Origin: Azolla caroliniana
Taxonomy: Eukaryota > Plantae > Polypodiophyta
Length of the DNA stretch: 64,000 nucleotides
Direction of reading: 5' to 3'
Assembly: GCA_043228905.1 (NCBI GenBank)
Contig: JBHGNT010000005.1
Span: 18,104,001-18,168,000 of the forward strand
How positions within the stretch are numbered: position 1 is the first letter of the stretch; each line of letters begins with the position of its first letter. This document shows, piece after piece, positions 51,099 through 64,000 of this stretch. The notes beneath the pieces are model-generated. The model made no database searches. It saw nothing but the letters and a program-made list of their open reading frames with translations, and was not told where the DNA came from. Made by a program: the position numbers and the translations under genes.

Positions 51099-53232
51099 TC
51101 TGGATGATGAGGCCAATGAGCCCGAAACAATCCGGGCAAAAGATGAAGAAGGATTTGGTACTCTAGACGAGAGTCCGATTTCATTTCGGTTGAGCAAGCC
51201 GACCGAGCGACTCAATCGGAATGACCAGTCAGATGAGGAGCCGATGAGTAGTGGAGACTCAACAATGTTGTCCCTGCATAAGGAACCAAAGAGAGGGTTC
51301 ACGCACAAAGAGAAGGGGAAGAAGAAGATGTCAGAATATGACATCGGCACATACAAGTCGTATCAGAGCGAATCTGACTCTAGAAAGAACCAAGACAAAC
51401 CTTTGGGAACGAAGTTTGAGCCAGTCAAGAGGGCCCTAAAATCGACAAACGAGAAGTTGTGCCGATCCACTAGCCAGAAGAACTCCGTAAAAAGGTGCGT
51501 ATATAATGAGTACATGGCCCATCACTATGCGTACATGACAAAGGTGGTGGAAGTGCGTGAGCCGGAGAGCTACGCAGAAGCAGCAAAAGACGCACATTGG
51601 CGTGCCACTATGGAGGAAGAGATGCGAGCACTTGATGCCAACGACACATGGGACCTAGTTGACCCTCCCCGACATTGCAAACCAAGGTACAATGTTGGTG
51701 GTTCGGTCAACTGGTACAAAGCCCGGTTAGTGGCCAAAGGATATGCGTAGACCCACGGAATTGACTACGGCAAGACCTTCACTCCAGTAGCGAAGATGAC
51801 GACAGTTCGTGTGGTGCTGGCGGTTGTTGTGGCAAAGGGATGACATCTTCACCAAATGGACGTGAAGAATGTGTTTCTTCAAGGTGACCTTGAAGAACAA
51901 GTCTACATGATCCAACCCCCTAGATTTCAGTCGGAGATGAACAAGTCAGCAGTGTACCGACTCAAAAAGTCCCTTTACGACATGAAGCAAGCCCCCCGAG
52001 CTTGGAATTCGAAGATCACGCACCGGTTGCGTAAGATGGGGTTTGCGGCCTCAAAGTCGGACTCTTCGTTGTTCATCCGAAAAGGTCTGGAAGGTCTGGT
52101 ATGTATCTTGTTATACATGGATGATCTAGTCATCACCGGACCCAGACTCGTTGAAATATGCCGAGTGAAGTTCCAGTTGTCGAACGCATTCGAAATGAAG
52201 GACCTAGGGGACCTTCATTATTTCTTCAGGATCGAAGTGATCCACACCCACGACGGCATACTGCTCTAACAACGACACTATGTGTTGAATATGTTGTACA
52301 AGTTTGGCATGACAGATTGTCGACCAATCTCCACACCCCTAGACCATAAATTGAAGCTTCGTCTCGACTCCGGACCAGCATGTGATGAGAAACGGTTCCA
52401 ACAATTTGTCAGACGCCTTATTTATTTAACGATCACTCGACCCGACATTAGCTATCCAATCGGAGCGATTAGCCAATTCATGCAAAAGCCAACCGTGGAG
52501 CACCTTCAGTGTGCGCACAACATACTAAGGTATGTTAGCGGCACTAAGGACCGGGGACTGTTATACCGACATGGTATACCCGAGAAGCAAGTCATATATA
52601 CATATGCCAACTGGGCCGATGATGTGTCGCATTGGCGGTCAACATCCGGATTTATGTTTTCTCCGGGCAGCGCAACTGTTGCATGGAGCAGCAAGAAGCA
52701 TTCGACAATGGCTCTTTCGAGCATTGAGGCTGAATATCGATGTGCTACTGTTGCTACCTATGAAGCCATCTAGCTTCGGCGGCTACTGCAAGACCTCCGG
52801 ATCGAAGTACCAACTCCAATCCCGATCTAATGTGACAACATGAGCAACATGCAACTAGCCAAGAACCCTGTATTCCATGCTCGGACAAAGCACATAGAAG
52901 TGCATTATCACTTTGTGTGCGAGCGGGTCCGCAACGGTGAAGTAGGACTCCGGTATGTCCGGACGGATCGGCAAGTTGCCGACATCTTCACGAAGGCCCT
53001 TGGAACCAACAAGTTGCAACATTTTTCGAAGATGCTTGGTCTTCAACATCTCGACATGCTGCACTTATGGGGGAGGACCGGTATTGAGACGGGGAGAACC
53101 GGCACGGAAACCAGGAAAACAGGGGGAAACAAGAAGAAAAAGAAAGTTGAGTCGACTGAAGAATTTGGCACATCAGATAAAGTCGAAGAAAGCGACGACG
53201 ACAGTAGAGGCCAGAAGGACAAAGCCGACTAG
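51099..53232 (+). pseudogene. pol: Copia E RT/RNase H remnant
   Basis: YKARLVAKG, MDVKNVFLQG, LYMDDL, KHIEVHYHF and ADIFTK with stops. Confidence 0.9.
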
Positions 53233-53548
53233 AATGAGAAGGACGTGAACCGATGTGGTGAAGGGCCTGAATATTGAAGACGGATTGGAGTCGGCCAATT
53301 TGGACAAGATCTGGAACGAATCGGAGGTAGCCGATTCTGAAGAGAAGTTCTATTCGGAGTAACCAAATCAATAGAAGGCCAAACAGATGAGGAGGCAGCA
53401 AAAGTCGACACTGACACGGAGAGACCGACAGGCCGAGAAGCGCCCAAGTCACAACAACGAAGGAGTTGAGAAGGGACGTATGAGCAGACAAGCCGACCGC
53501 GAAGGTCGAGGTGCACGGGACCGGAATGGTTGTGGAAAACGGAGCCGG

Positions 53549-54606
53549 TGTCGTGAAGTACGGAAGCTTCACATTAAAAGTCTACAATAAGATAAATAGG
53601 TAACTAAAATAAAATAAATCTTGATAATGTTTTATATATAAAGATAATATTAACAACACACACTATGATAATATTATATATTATATGTAGAGGCAAATAA
53701 TATATAGATAGATAGATAGATATATTATATTACACGAACAAGAGAGGACTTGAACCAATAACCCCACCCGATGACTCTCAAATCTTACCATTTACTCTAT
53801 ACTAGTAATATACATAAAATTAAGCATACTTTATATATACTTTATATTACATAAAGGATTTGTTTCATGATATAAAAATAAAGTTGTATGTTATATTCAA
53901 TAGTATTTTGAGATTCAAACCCACAACCTCATACACCAAAGTCAACACACCTACCATTAGGCTAGGTCCTTTCTCTTTAAGATTATATTTTCATGTTTAT
54001 TGTTATTGCATATATTGTTTTATACATAAAAGCTCAAATGAGCGAGATGTTTATCATGCATCACATGCATGTCTTGTACCAATGCATCATATGCATGGGG
54101 GCACCTATTTAAAGGGTGAAAGAGAAGATCAAAGGGAGATATGTATGAGATATCAATCAAATATATATTACATAAGAGATACCATAAAATAGAGAAAGAA
54201 AGGAAAAAGTTCAACATAAGGTGGAGCTCTAGCTTGGCGATCGTGGTGGTCAACTCTCAACAAGAGGGAGGCGGTTCGAGCCTTATCTTCATCAAAATAT
54301 TGAAGTGAAGATTGTTGTGGCCTACTATCAAGAAAGAGAAGATCGATTATCTTGTGAGACCAAGTTCGAAGGATCAACGACGCTTACAACCACTTTTGTA
54401 AGTCTTTCATAAAAAAAAAATTATAAATCTCTTTTATTCCTTCAAATATCATTCAATATCCTATCTTGTCATATCTTGTTGATCTCTATTTACTTTATCT
54501 CTACTCTTTCGTCTCTTCCGTCCATAATCCCAGTGATTCCTTCCTCACTTTCACGATATCTTTTGTCTACGCAACGCTATGCTTCTAGGGAAGCCACGCC
54601 ATGACA
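53549..54606. mobile_element. Solo LTR with 4-bp TSD CCGG
   Basis: tgtcgtgaag...catgaca; CCGG at 53545-53548 and 54607-54610. Confidence 0.85.
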
Positions 54607-57109
54607 CCGGACGGGTCAAGGAGTGCGAGCAAGGTAGGAAGATGCCAAGAGGAGCCGAAGGGAAGGACCGGCAGACACTGACACCATGATCTGACCTCAA
54701 GTTGATCTTGAGTGTTGAGCAGACAAGCTCAAACGGATCCGGATCGATTGAATGAGCCAGAGCTAGATCAGTATCTGGAATGAAGAACCAGATAGGTATC
54801 CGGAACCAGGAGCCGGATTGGAGAGAGGGATCGGATTGTAACCGGTAGGCCGTTCGAGGTCTACAATCTTAGCCTAGTACGTAGGCAGACTCCTTGGAGT
54901 TGGTGTCAGACGCTCGTATGAGCATTGAAGTACTTGTCAGTACTTCTGTCAGTCATTTTAAGGACTTGTATAAAAGTGCTCATTGAGCACATTGTATGTA
55001 CAGAGTGTTATTATTTTGAAATTGAGTTTATTGTTCTGCTCTCTCTGTCTCTCCCATGTAAGGTTTCCATTTAACTTGTTTCTATATTCTTTAGCTATCC
55101 GGACAAGCCGGTTTGTCTTAGTTTCCACTGGCACATTCTTTTACACATACCACTATGCCTTTATGATGAAGATGGCAACAGGTCGAGAACCAAAAAGTAT
55201 TTCTAAAGCATCCAAGGATCCACAATGGGTTGAAGCAATGAACGAGGAGATGCAAGCTCTCTCTAAGAATGAGACATGGGATCTTGTACCCCGCTCGGCT
55301 CATAAGAAGGAAATCGGCTACAAATGGATATACAAAGTGAAGTATAACGCCAACGGCTCCATCAACCGCTACAAGGCTCGACTTGTAGAAAAAAGGCTAT
55401 GCACAAACGCACGATGTCAACTATGAAGAAACCTTTGCCCCAATGGCAACAATGACAACTGTTTGAACCGTGATTGCACTGACAACGGCAAAAGGGTGGC
55501 ACCTCCACCGGATGGATGTCAAGAACGCCTTTCTCCGAGACGAATTAGAAGAGGAGGTGTATATGGTACAACCACGTAGCTTCGAATCCAACATCCATCC
55601 GAAAGTAGTCTGCCAACCAAAGAAGTGACTATACAACCTTAAGCAAGCAACATGTGCTTGGCATTCGAAGACAACACAATATCTTCATCGAATCGGCTTC
55701 AAAATGTCTAAATCTGACAACTCTGTCTATGTTAGAAGCGATTCTAGAAGTTTGATTGTCATCATCCTATACGTAGATGATCTGGTCATTGGAGGTGAAA
55801 GTCTAGTCAACATCAACAAGGTCAAGTCCTTCCTCTCTGGAAAATTCGAGATGATGGGCATAAAGGAGCTCCATTACTTCCTAGGTATTGAAGTAATTCG
55901 GACTCCAAACGGCATTATGATCTCCCAACGACACTACATCCTCAACTTGTTGTACAACTTCGGGATGATTGTGTGCAAATCTGTGGCAACTGCTCTCAAT
56001 CAAAACCTCAAACTAGATGTCAACTCCGGCACAGAAGAGTGTGAGCGGACTCAGTATTGACAACTGATCGAGAGCCTTATCTATCTTTTATCTATCTCAT
56101 AATCACTCGACCCGACCTTAGCTACCCTGTCAATCTCCTTAGCCAATTCATGCAGAAGCCACGTGACATTCACTTGGATTGCGCTAAGAGAGTGTTATGA
56201 TACGTGAGCAACACAATGGATTGTGGCATCCTCTACAAGACGGCAATGCCAATTTGACTCGAAGTGTACACAAATGCCGACTGGCCTGCTACAGAGCCGA
56301 CCGACGATCGACCTCCGGATTTGTTTTCTCCCTCGGCACCGGAGCAATATCCTAGACTATCAAGAAGCAGCCAACCGTCGCTCTTTCGAGCACAGAGGCT
56401 GAATACAAGGGCACGGTTGTGGCTGTATGTGAAGCTATATGGCTGAAGAGAATCTTGAAGAATCTGGGTGTTCCCATCAAGGATCTGATTCCCCTTTACT
56501 ATGACAATATGAGCAGTATTTATCTAGCTCGGAACCCCGTGTTCCAAACGTGCACGAGACATATATAGGTGCAATATCAATTCATCTGAGAGCGCATTCA
56601 AGCTGGAGATGTCGACCTTCAATATATCAACATGAATCTTTAGACAACCAACATCTTCACCAAAGCCCTCAGAGCCGACAAGCTTTGGAAATTCATGTCT
56701 GACCTTGGATTGACGATTCCTGACTTGCCAAGCTTGAGGGGGAGTACAATAGAGAACTGAATACTGTCTGAACCAGATACCAACCGACGTGGATATCAAC
56801 CAAAAGGAACAAACCCAAGTTGAGCTTGAGGGGGTGTGTTAAGAATCAAGCTCAACCTAGACTAGTGTGTGAACACACCTTTGAGAATCTATGACCACTC
56901 AAAGGTCAAAAGTCATCACTACTCTCTACACATTAACTATGTGTCATAGAATCATACGGATGAGCTTTGATAGTTAATGAAGAGAGAAGGTGACTATATA
57001 AAGCACCCTCCACCTACTTTGTAATGTGTTGGTTAATCTCCTTTGTAATATACAGTTTTCTTGAGTATTTCTATTTTTCATCTATCTTGTGTTTCTATCC
57101 TCTCCTCTC

Positions 57110-57141
<32 letters not shown>

Positions 57142-57199
57142 TAACACACAACTTTAACCTATTCTGCTGCACAGAATCACCACAATTCTTTACGCATCA

Positions 57200-57797
57200 T
57201 CTTCAATGTTGACATTGATCGGCCTGAGGGAGTTGCACAGCTCCTTGATCTTCAAGGTATAGATGTCGATTGTCATGTCCCTCCGTTGAATATTGTTCAG
57301 CTCTTGACAGAGTTGAAGTTTTCATGCGGTTGTATTGGCCATGAATATCTTTTTGAGGTTTCCCCACACCTCTTTTGGTGTTTTGGCCTCTTTGATGTAG
57401 TCAAGCATGTGATCATGAACGCATGATGCAAGGTAGTACAACAGCAACTCATCACTTGCTCCCAACCTGGGTGGTTGGCAAATGGGAAGTTGGGTTGATT
57501 TTCTTGAGTTCCTTCGATGCAGCCCCAATAGACTTGGCCGACAAGGTATTGGTGCATCTTGTACTCCCAAGATGCGAAGTTTTTTCTATCGAGTTTCTCG
57601 GTAGGAAGAGCATTTCCCATATGACTATTCATGATGGTCGACTTGTTTGGAGCGAGATTTCTTCTTCTTCTTCTCCTATGAGATACAAACTGTGCAGGAT
57701 CACTGCTATAGTCATCGGTTGGTTCTTGGTGAACGTCAATGTATGCACAATACATGCGGATGGGCTTGGATCAAGCTACCAATCTCTTTGATACCAT
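57200..57797 (-). pseudogene. gag: Copia gag fragment with PBS
   Basis: EKLDRKNFASWEYKMHQYL; TGGTATCAAAG at about 57787-57797. Confidence 0.8.
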
Positions 57798-57834
57798 GTA
57801 AAGAATTGGGTATGATTATGTGCAACGAAAGAGT

Positions 57835-57835
<1 letters not shown>

Positions 57836-57877
<42 letters not shown>

Positions 57878-60419
57878 TAGATAGATAGATAGATTATATT
57901 ATCGTCTTCGGAGGTCAAATATGACCTATGAGACCAAAAATATTACATTTCACGTGATACGTGTGAAAGTGAGTAGTGACTCTCGATGTTCAAGAACTTT
58001 ACCAATGAATGTTGCAAAGAATATGGTTTTGTAGTTAGGTGCAACATGTGTAGTATAATGTGTGAAGCGTGAGCCTCCACATTTGTCCCATGTCATGATA
58101 CATTGGCATTGCAAAAATGCCTCATTTACAAAGGAATCTAATGATGCATCATGAAGCAAGTGTCTCGCATCCCATCTACCAAACCATTTTTCTATATCTT
58201 GCATCCAACCGGAACACAAAATTTTGCTTTTATGCATCTTTTGGATCTTTTTGCTTGCTTCCTACGCAATTCTAGGAAGTCGATGTGAGGGACTTTTTTG
58301 AACCTTAAGCATGTATTCAACAACCCTTTCCATGGTCATGATCTCAATGGGAAGCGATCCTGTCTCAAGGAGGAGGAGGAGGGTGTAGGGTGTTTGTTTC
58401 TTAACTTGTAGAAACTTGGTAAGAAAATGCTTTTGGACATTTTCAAACTCTTTCCACATAGATTTAGGGATACCGCTCCATACTTCCACCCCATAAAAAA
58501 GAACTGGTATCACCAAAGTGTCGAAAAGATATTTCTTGAGGACCCAACACTTAATATCTCCAAGATTGCATGTGTTCTCAAATGCATAGTATGCTCGCTT
58601 GCCTGCCTCTAAGCGGCGTGTAGCACATTCATTCCATCTATGATTTGAAGGAACTTCAAGGCTAAGATATTTGAAGCTTTCCACACATTCAAGTGGCTCA
58701 TTGTTGTACATAATGCATGGTTTATCTCTTTTTTGGCTCTTCACAAGCATAATCTTTGTTTTAGAGCTATTGACACTTAATTTAGTATGCATGCAAAAAT
58801 TTTCCAATGCCTTCATAAGCTTTTGTGCATCTCCTAAAGTATTTGCAAAAAGCACTACATCATCTGCATATAGCAAAAGCATAATCACAACATTCCCAAT
58901 GGCAATTTCTTCAACACATTCTTCCTTTGCAAACTTGGTAACCATTTCTTCCAATTCATCAATGCATAGACCAAATAGTGTTGGTGAGAGTGGGCATCCT
59001 TGCTTAACACCAATAGTTCTTTTGAAAAAATCTGAAAGTTTATCTCTCATGCGCACACAACATATAACCTTCTCATAAATTTGGGAAATTGCAAGCATAT
59101 ATTCACTTGGCACCTCAAGTTCTTCCATTCGCCTCCAAAGATGCTCACGAGGTACCATATCAAAAGCTTTCTTGAAGTCTACAAAGCAACAATATAAACC
59201 TTTACCTCTAAGGCGACTTTCCTCCATTAATACTCGAAGGGTGATAAGGTGATCAATGGTGCTATGGTGTTTCCAAAAGCCAGCTTGTCCATAAGCTCTC
59301 TTACCACTTTTTTCAGCCCATACACTTATCTTTGATTCCATTATACATCCAAATATTTTTGCCATCAATGAGCCAACCATGATGGTTCAATAGTTGTTTA
59401 CATTATTTATATCTCCACCTTTATGTAAAGGTTTGATCCAATTTGTCGTCCAATCGTACGGCTTACCATGTTGCAATGCATCATTAAACATATCGCTTAT
59501 CCATATATGTGCTTCCTTTCCCGTCCATTTGAGCATTTCAGCCTTTATACATTGAAGATCGCTTGCCTTTCGAGAGGCCAATTTCTTAAGTCCTATGCAT
59601 ATATCTTCAATTGTAAAGAAGGGAGATATATGTGAAAGAGAACCATAACACATCATCTTTCCGACAAGAGATAACTCATATAAATTCTTACAATTTATAG
59701 ACAAGTCGTGAAGAGTTAAGTCACCATAACTCTCAACACATTTTCCCTTTAGATTTCCCCAAAATTTAGCACATGCATGTGCTTTCTCTTGTGTTTGGAT
59801 AAATTCTTGAGTAACTTCCCATATTCTTCTCTTTCTTTGAATAAGCCTTTTATACTCATGCAAATGCTTTTGGTAATTCTCTTTATCCTTAACTACATCC
59901 AAAACCATAAGGCACTTTCGAGCTTCACGACATTCTTTATCAAACCATTTTTTCCTAAGTTTCTTGGTGCATTTCCAAGATGTGCAGTTGGTCGAAAAAC
60001 ATTTGTTTGTACATGAGAGAATGACTTTCTTGAAAGCTTCCCATTTGCATTCTAGTGTGGCACCATGTTGTATCTTTGTCATTTGTAACATATCCTCAAC
60101 CATCTTGGAATACATGGGTACTCGCTTAAGGTTCATGCTCAAGTGCGGTTGTTTATTATCTTCAATAGCCTTCTCACAATCAAACCTATGCATACATTTG
60201 AGATCAATACATAAAGGCCTATGATCAAATTTCGGTGTCCATTCACCAAGTGAGAATTTATGTATACAATCCAAAATACCTTCGGAAAGTAGCACATAAT
60301 CAATCACACTATTTCCGTTGTGTTTTCTACATGTGAAACCATTTGTGTTGGGCCATAAGGAAATACCATTTGCAATAAGCAATCCGGTACTATTGCACAT
60401 TTGTAGGAGTAACTTCCCA

Positions 60420-60422
<3 letters not shown>
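57836..60422 (-). mobile_element. 5'-truncated non-LTR retrotransposon (RTE-like LINE) with microsatellite tail
   Basis: Endonuclease end SVIDY..DHRP; RT motifs QAGF, FVDFKKAFD, GVKQGCPLSPTLF, LLYADD; (ATCT)n/(AC)n at the 3' end. Confidence 0.88.
58262..60422 (-). pseudogene. LINE endonuclease-reverse transcriptase ORF (broken at ~59387)
   Basis: ORFs 59387-60532 and 58262-59380. Confidence 0.85.
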
Positions 60423-60424
<2 letters not shown>

Positions 60425-60480
<56 letters not shown>

Positions 60481-60766
60481 ATAGTGTAATACAATAAAAC
60501 AATAAAACTGGATTGACAAGAGAATAAAACAACCAACCAAATACAAAGAGGAGGAGAAGGTGCTTATGTAGTCACATTCTCTCTATATTCTCTTACTACC
60601 ACCGCCTCTTGGGAAAGAGGTGGGGACTTAACTACCTACTAAATATGTGTCATAGGACTTAACTTCTATGACACTTAGTTATGATACAAGGAGGTGGGAT
60701 GTTCACACACTTGGGTATTCCTAAGGTGTGTTCCCACATTAGGGAAGTAGAGTTTGATTCTCAACA
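60425..60766. repeat. (GA)n plus LTR remnant related to 28815-29113
   Basis: Shared sequence ttgacaagagaataaaacaacc...tctcaaca. Confidence 0.75.
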
Positions 60767-60949
60767 ATATCTCACACCTCATCTTGGTGAACCAGCCTTT
60801 GATAACCAAAAACAAGTTTTTTTGGGTCCTACACGATTACACGCAAATGAAGTATTTGTTATGCCATTAGATTCAAACGTACTTTTACATCATACGATAC
60901 GATATCCATTCAGATATGTTTGCTCAACAAGTATTAGATCATATTCATC

Positions 60950-61895
60950 CTTAACGTAATAGAGCACAACTTTTGGCACCACTTCATATAGATTATAAAA
61001 AGTTCAAGTGGCATGAAGGAATCTATATAATGGACTTTTATATGGCTCGGATAGGTTTTCTCATCTTAAAGTTTTAGAGCTCTGTCACGATGGTTGTATG
61101 GTTGGACATTTCAGGATACATAAAAAACTAGAATTGATTACCGATCATTTTTATGGCCTCGAATCTATAATTTTGTGGAATATTACTTCCGCACATGTGA
61201 CACTTGTTGTCGGACAAAGATACCTTGCCATTATCATCCTTTACCAATTCCCAAATGACCTTTGCAATCTATTTCCTTATATTCTGTTACATATTTGCCA
61301 CTTTCTAAAGGTTTTGATCTATTTCCTTATATTTTATTACATATTCGATGTTATTCTAACAATATCGATCGATCTACAAAGATGGCATATTTTATACCAT
61401 ATTAAGAGGATTTGTAGCGAAGAAATAGCTAATCTTGTTATGGGAGAATTTTTTTGACATCATGGCTTCCTAGTTAGCATTATCAGTGATTGTGGGTCTC
61501 AACTTGTGTCCAAGTTTTGGAGGCATTTATTGTCATTACTCAAGCTCTCTTGCAAACTCTTGTCTAGTCATCATGCACAATTGCATACAATAATTTAGTC
61601 AATTCCTCTACTAAGGTCACACCATTATTTGCATATAGTGGTTATCATCCTTGGAGCTTCTTAGAGTTTCTACAAATCCGAGTGCGGAAGATCAGTTATC
61701 CCAACTACGATAGCTGCAAGCAGAGGTGTCAAGTCATTTAAAAGAACTGGTAGTATCCCACAAAAGCGTTGCAGATCATCATCATCTTCAACGTACTTTT
61801 CACATTAACAATCATGTATTGTTATTGTGTCAACACATGAGAATGACACAACCTTGCAATAAACTCAATTATCATCGATTGGGACCATTTATGAA
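60950..61895 (+). pseudogene. Highly degraded Gypsy integrase
   Basis: ELCHD..VGHF, SIISD, and KLNYHRLGPF-like motifs. Confidence 0.6.
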
Positions 61896-61896
61896 C

Positions 61897-62935
61897 TCAT
61901 AAAAAATTAATGACGTGACTTTCTGACTTGATCTCCCTTCCATAAACAACTTCACCCAATGTTTCATTATTCCTGAGCCATCTGATTATCTTGAGCATCC
62001 GGTTACCCTGTACAAAAGGCCATCTAGTTGTCGGTAGCCATTTGCCTCCTATTCTAGGAGTCCACATATCATATCTATGCCTCATCAACACCTTCCAAAC
62101 TTCCTTACCTCGAAGGAGACTTCTTACTACCAATTTGCCCAATAATTCTTTGCTCTAAGTTTCTTAATCAATCAATTCAAGTCCTTCCCCTTTTTTGCAT
62201 CATGTTATTTTCTTCCATGCAACTTTGGTTGCCACTTTACCCTTTGATTTGCATTCCCATAGAAATTTGAAAAAAACAAATTTTATACCAGTTATCCCTT
62301 TCTTGTCAAAGATCCAACATGATAGTGTATGCCACATGGTTGCAAGCAATATCTGATTTGCTATCAATACTCTACCTGCTAGACTTGAGAATTGGGCGGA
62401 ATTCTAGTATTTCAGCTTGCTTCTTATTGAGCATTGCAGGGCCTCTACTTGCAAACTCTTGGGAATGTTAATCCCGATCCAGAAACCTAAGTATCTGGTT
62501 GCCACATTTTCTTGCAGCCAGTGAAATGAAGGGTTCCGGCACCACTTTGTTTTCTTGCCTCCAATCCACCACCAATTTATCTTGCCCCCAGAAACTATTA
62601 ATCAGATTTTCACATCTATATAGATTTTCTTGCATCCCATTTACAAACAACATCACACATCAGCGAAGGCTAATTTAATCAACTCTTTATCATGCTCTTG
62701 TATCTGCGAGCCTTTAATTTGTGGCACAACAACTTGTAAACTTTCTAAAAGAGACTCTGTATATAAAATGAATAGGGGACAAATGGGCATCCTTGCCTTA
62801 CCAAACATGTTATTTCCAAATCTGGTCCCATATTTCTGGCAATTAATACATACCTTCTTGCATATTTGTATAACACCCACATCCCTCTGATCCACCTATC
62901 ACGGAATTCCATTTTCTTCAATATTTTATCCAAAA
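61897..62935 (-). pseudogene. Degraded L1-type LINE RT fragment
   Basis: VRQGCP, LAFAD, RFLD and RVLIANQIL-like motifs across frameshifts. Confidence 0.65.
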
Positions 62936-62937
62936 AT

Positions 62938-64000
62938 TGTGGAAAATAATAAATGAGAATAAATAAATAAATATAAATAGTTAATAGTTCTTAGGAATGC
63001 GGTTTTCGTAACTATATTGGTGGTGGTCTTATAAAGCCACCACCAACGTTGTAACTATTAGGCCATTCTATTAATACAATACGTTTCTGTTTCCCTCATT
63101 TATGTCCGTGTTACAACTTGGTCATGTCAAGAGTTCGAATCTTGACAATTTATCTCTCTCTCTCTCTTCTCCTTTTCTTTCTATCTCTCTTTCTCTTCTT
63201 TTCCTACATGGTATCAGAGCCAAACGACCTATAACCTATAGTCTAGGCCTTTCCAAAATTACAAAACCCATGCCCTTATCATAATTTAACTCATACCCAT
63301 ACAAAAGGAGTCATATTTGTAGTGTCCAAAATCGTCAAATTGTGTTTGTTGTGCACTGATCCGGACAGCCCTTTGCAATAATGGCATAATCTATGTCATT
63401 GTCGCAACTCAATATGTGAAAATTTACGATCGAGAAATTATCGAACACAAATTATCAAATATGGAAGGCAAGATTGGAATTACTTTTTAAATATAATAAA
63501 TTATGGGATATAATTTCAGGATCGTCAACAAAAGCTGCAAAAGGCGAAGAGCTTGAAGAATATGAGGAAAAAGACCTATGTGCAAAAATGGAAATTTTAA
63601 TGCACGTAAGTGATGGCACCAGAGAAACATTGCAAAAAATAGAGACGGCTCATGAAATGTGGAAGCATTTACAAACCATCTACGAACCAAAAAACGATGC
63701 CCAACAAGCACATACACTTCAAGCGCTTGTTAATTACAAAATGAATGATGAACAACCGGTTGGTGAATTTCTATTAATATGGCAAAAGAAATTAGATGAT
63801 GTGTTAACTTCGGGATTAGAAATTCATGATAAATTACATAAGATTCTCCTTCTTGGTGCTCTTCCTCACTCGTGGTCCACTTTCAGAACCTCCCAAAACT
63901 CTATAAATTGTCCAACTCTAATTGATCTTCTTGCAAATATTAGACAGGAAGAAACAATGCAAAACTCTAATTCAACTCCAGTGTGGCAATGGTAGCATAC
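62938..64000 (+). mobile_element. 5' end of a Copia element (LTR 62938-63208, PBS 63209-63220, gag)
   Basis: TG..CA LTR, TGGTATCAGAGC, gag EKLSNTNYQIWK..LLLGALPHSW; runs off the window. Confidence 0.82.

Larger units (their letters stand above)
38364..55145 (+). mobile_element. Copia element (Copia E, related to Copia A) carrying nested insertions
   Basis: LTRs 38364-38821 and 54713-55145, TSD catat/catac, PBS 38822-38833; pol homologous to 7620-11384, broken at about 40658 and resuming at about 51099. Confidence 0.88.
35833..57200 (+). mobile_element. Degenerate Copia element (Copia D) hosting Copia E
   Basis: gag/PR/INT at about 35900-38363; RT/RH resumes at 55146-56750; PPT and LTR from 56837; right end approximate, 5' LTR not seen. 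Confidence 0.75.

Overview
Eukaryotic, plant-type repeat-dense window with no ordinary host gene (seedless land plant is an inference). Most of it is nested Ty1/Copia and Ty3/Gypsy LTR retrotransposons, solo LTRs and two LINE fragments. The standout is a 9.5-kb DNA transposon (40725-50222; 36-bp TIRs, TTTT TSD) nested in a Copia element. It carries three things: an intact 926-aa DDD-type (Sola/DUF7869-like) transposase; a divergent six-exon gene (hand-spliced, about 974 aa) for a ParB/Srx-like domain plus a bacterial-type beta-class N4C/N6A DNA methyltransferase; and, inside intron 1 of that gene, 15-16 near-perfect 43-bp palindromes separated by 8-bp spacers that occur in both orientations. 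Further observations: five LTR insertions with TGTYG-type ends all have 4-bp TSDs centred on CpG; the Gypsy family has a conserved -1 frameshift signal between protease and RT; and the solo LTRs contain tRNA-like Pol III boxes. All calls were made by eye; no database searches were run.
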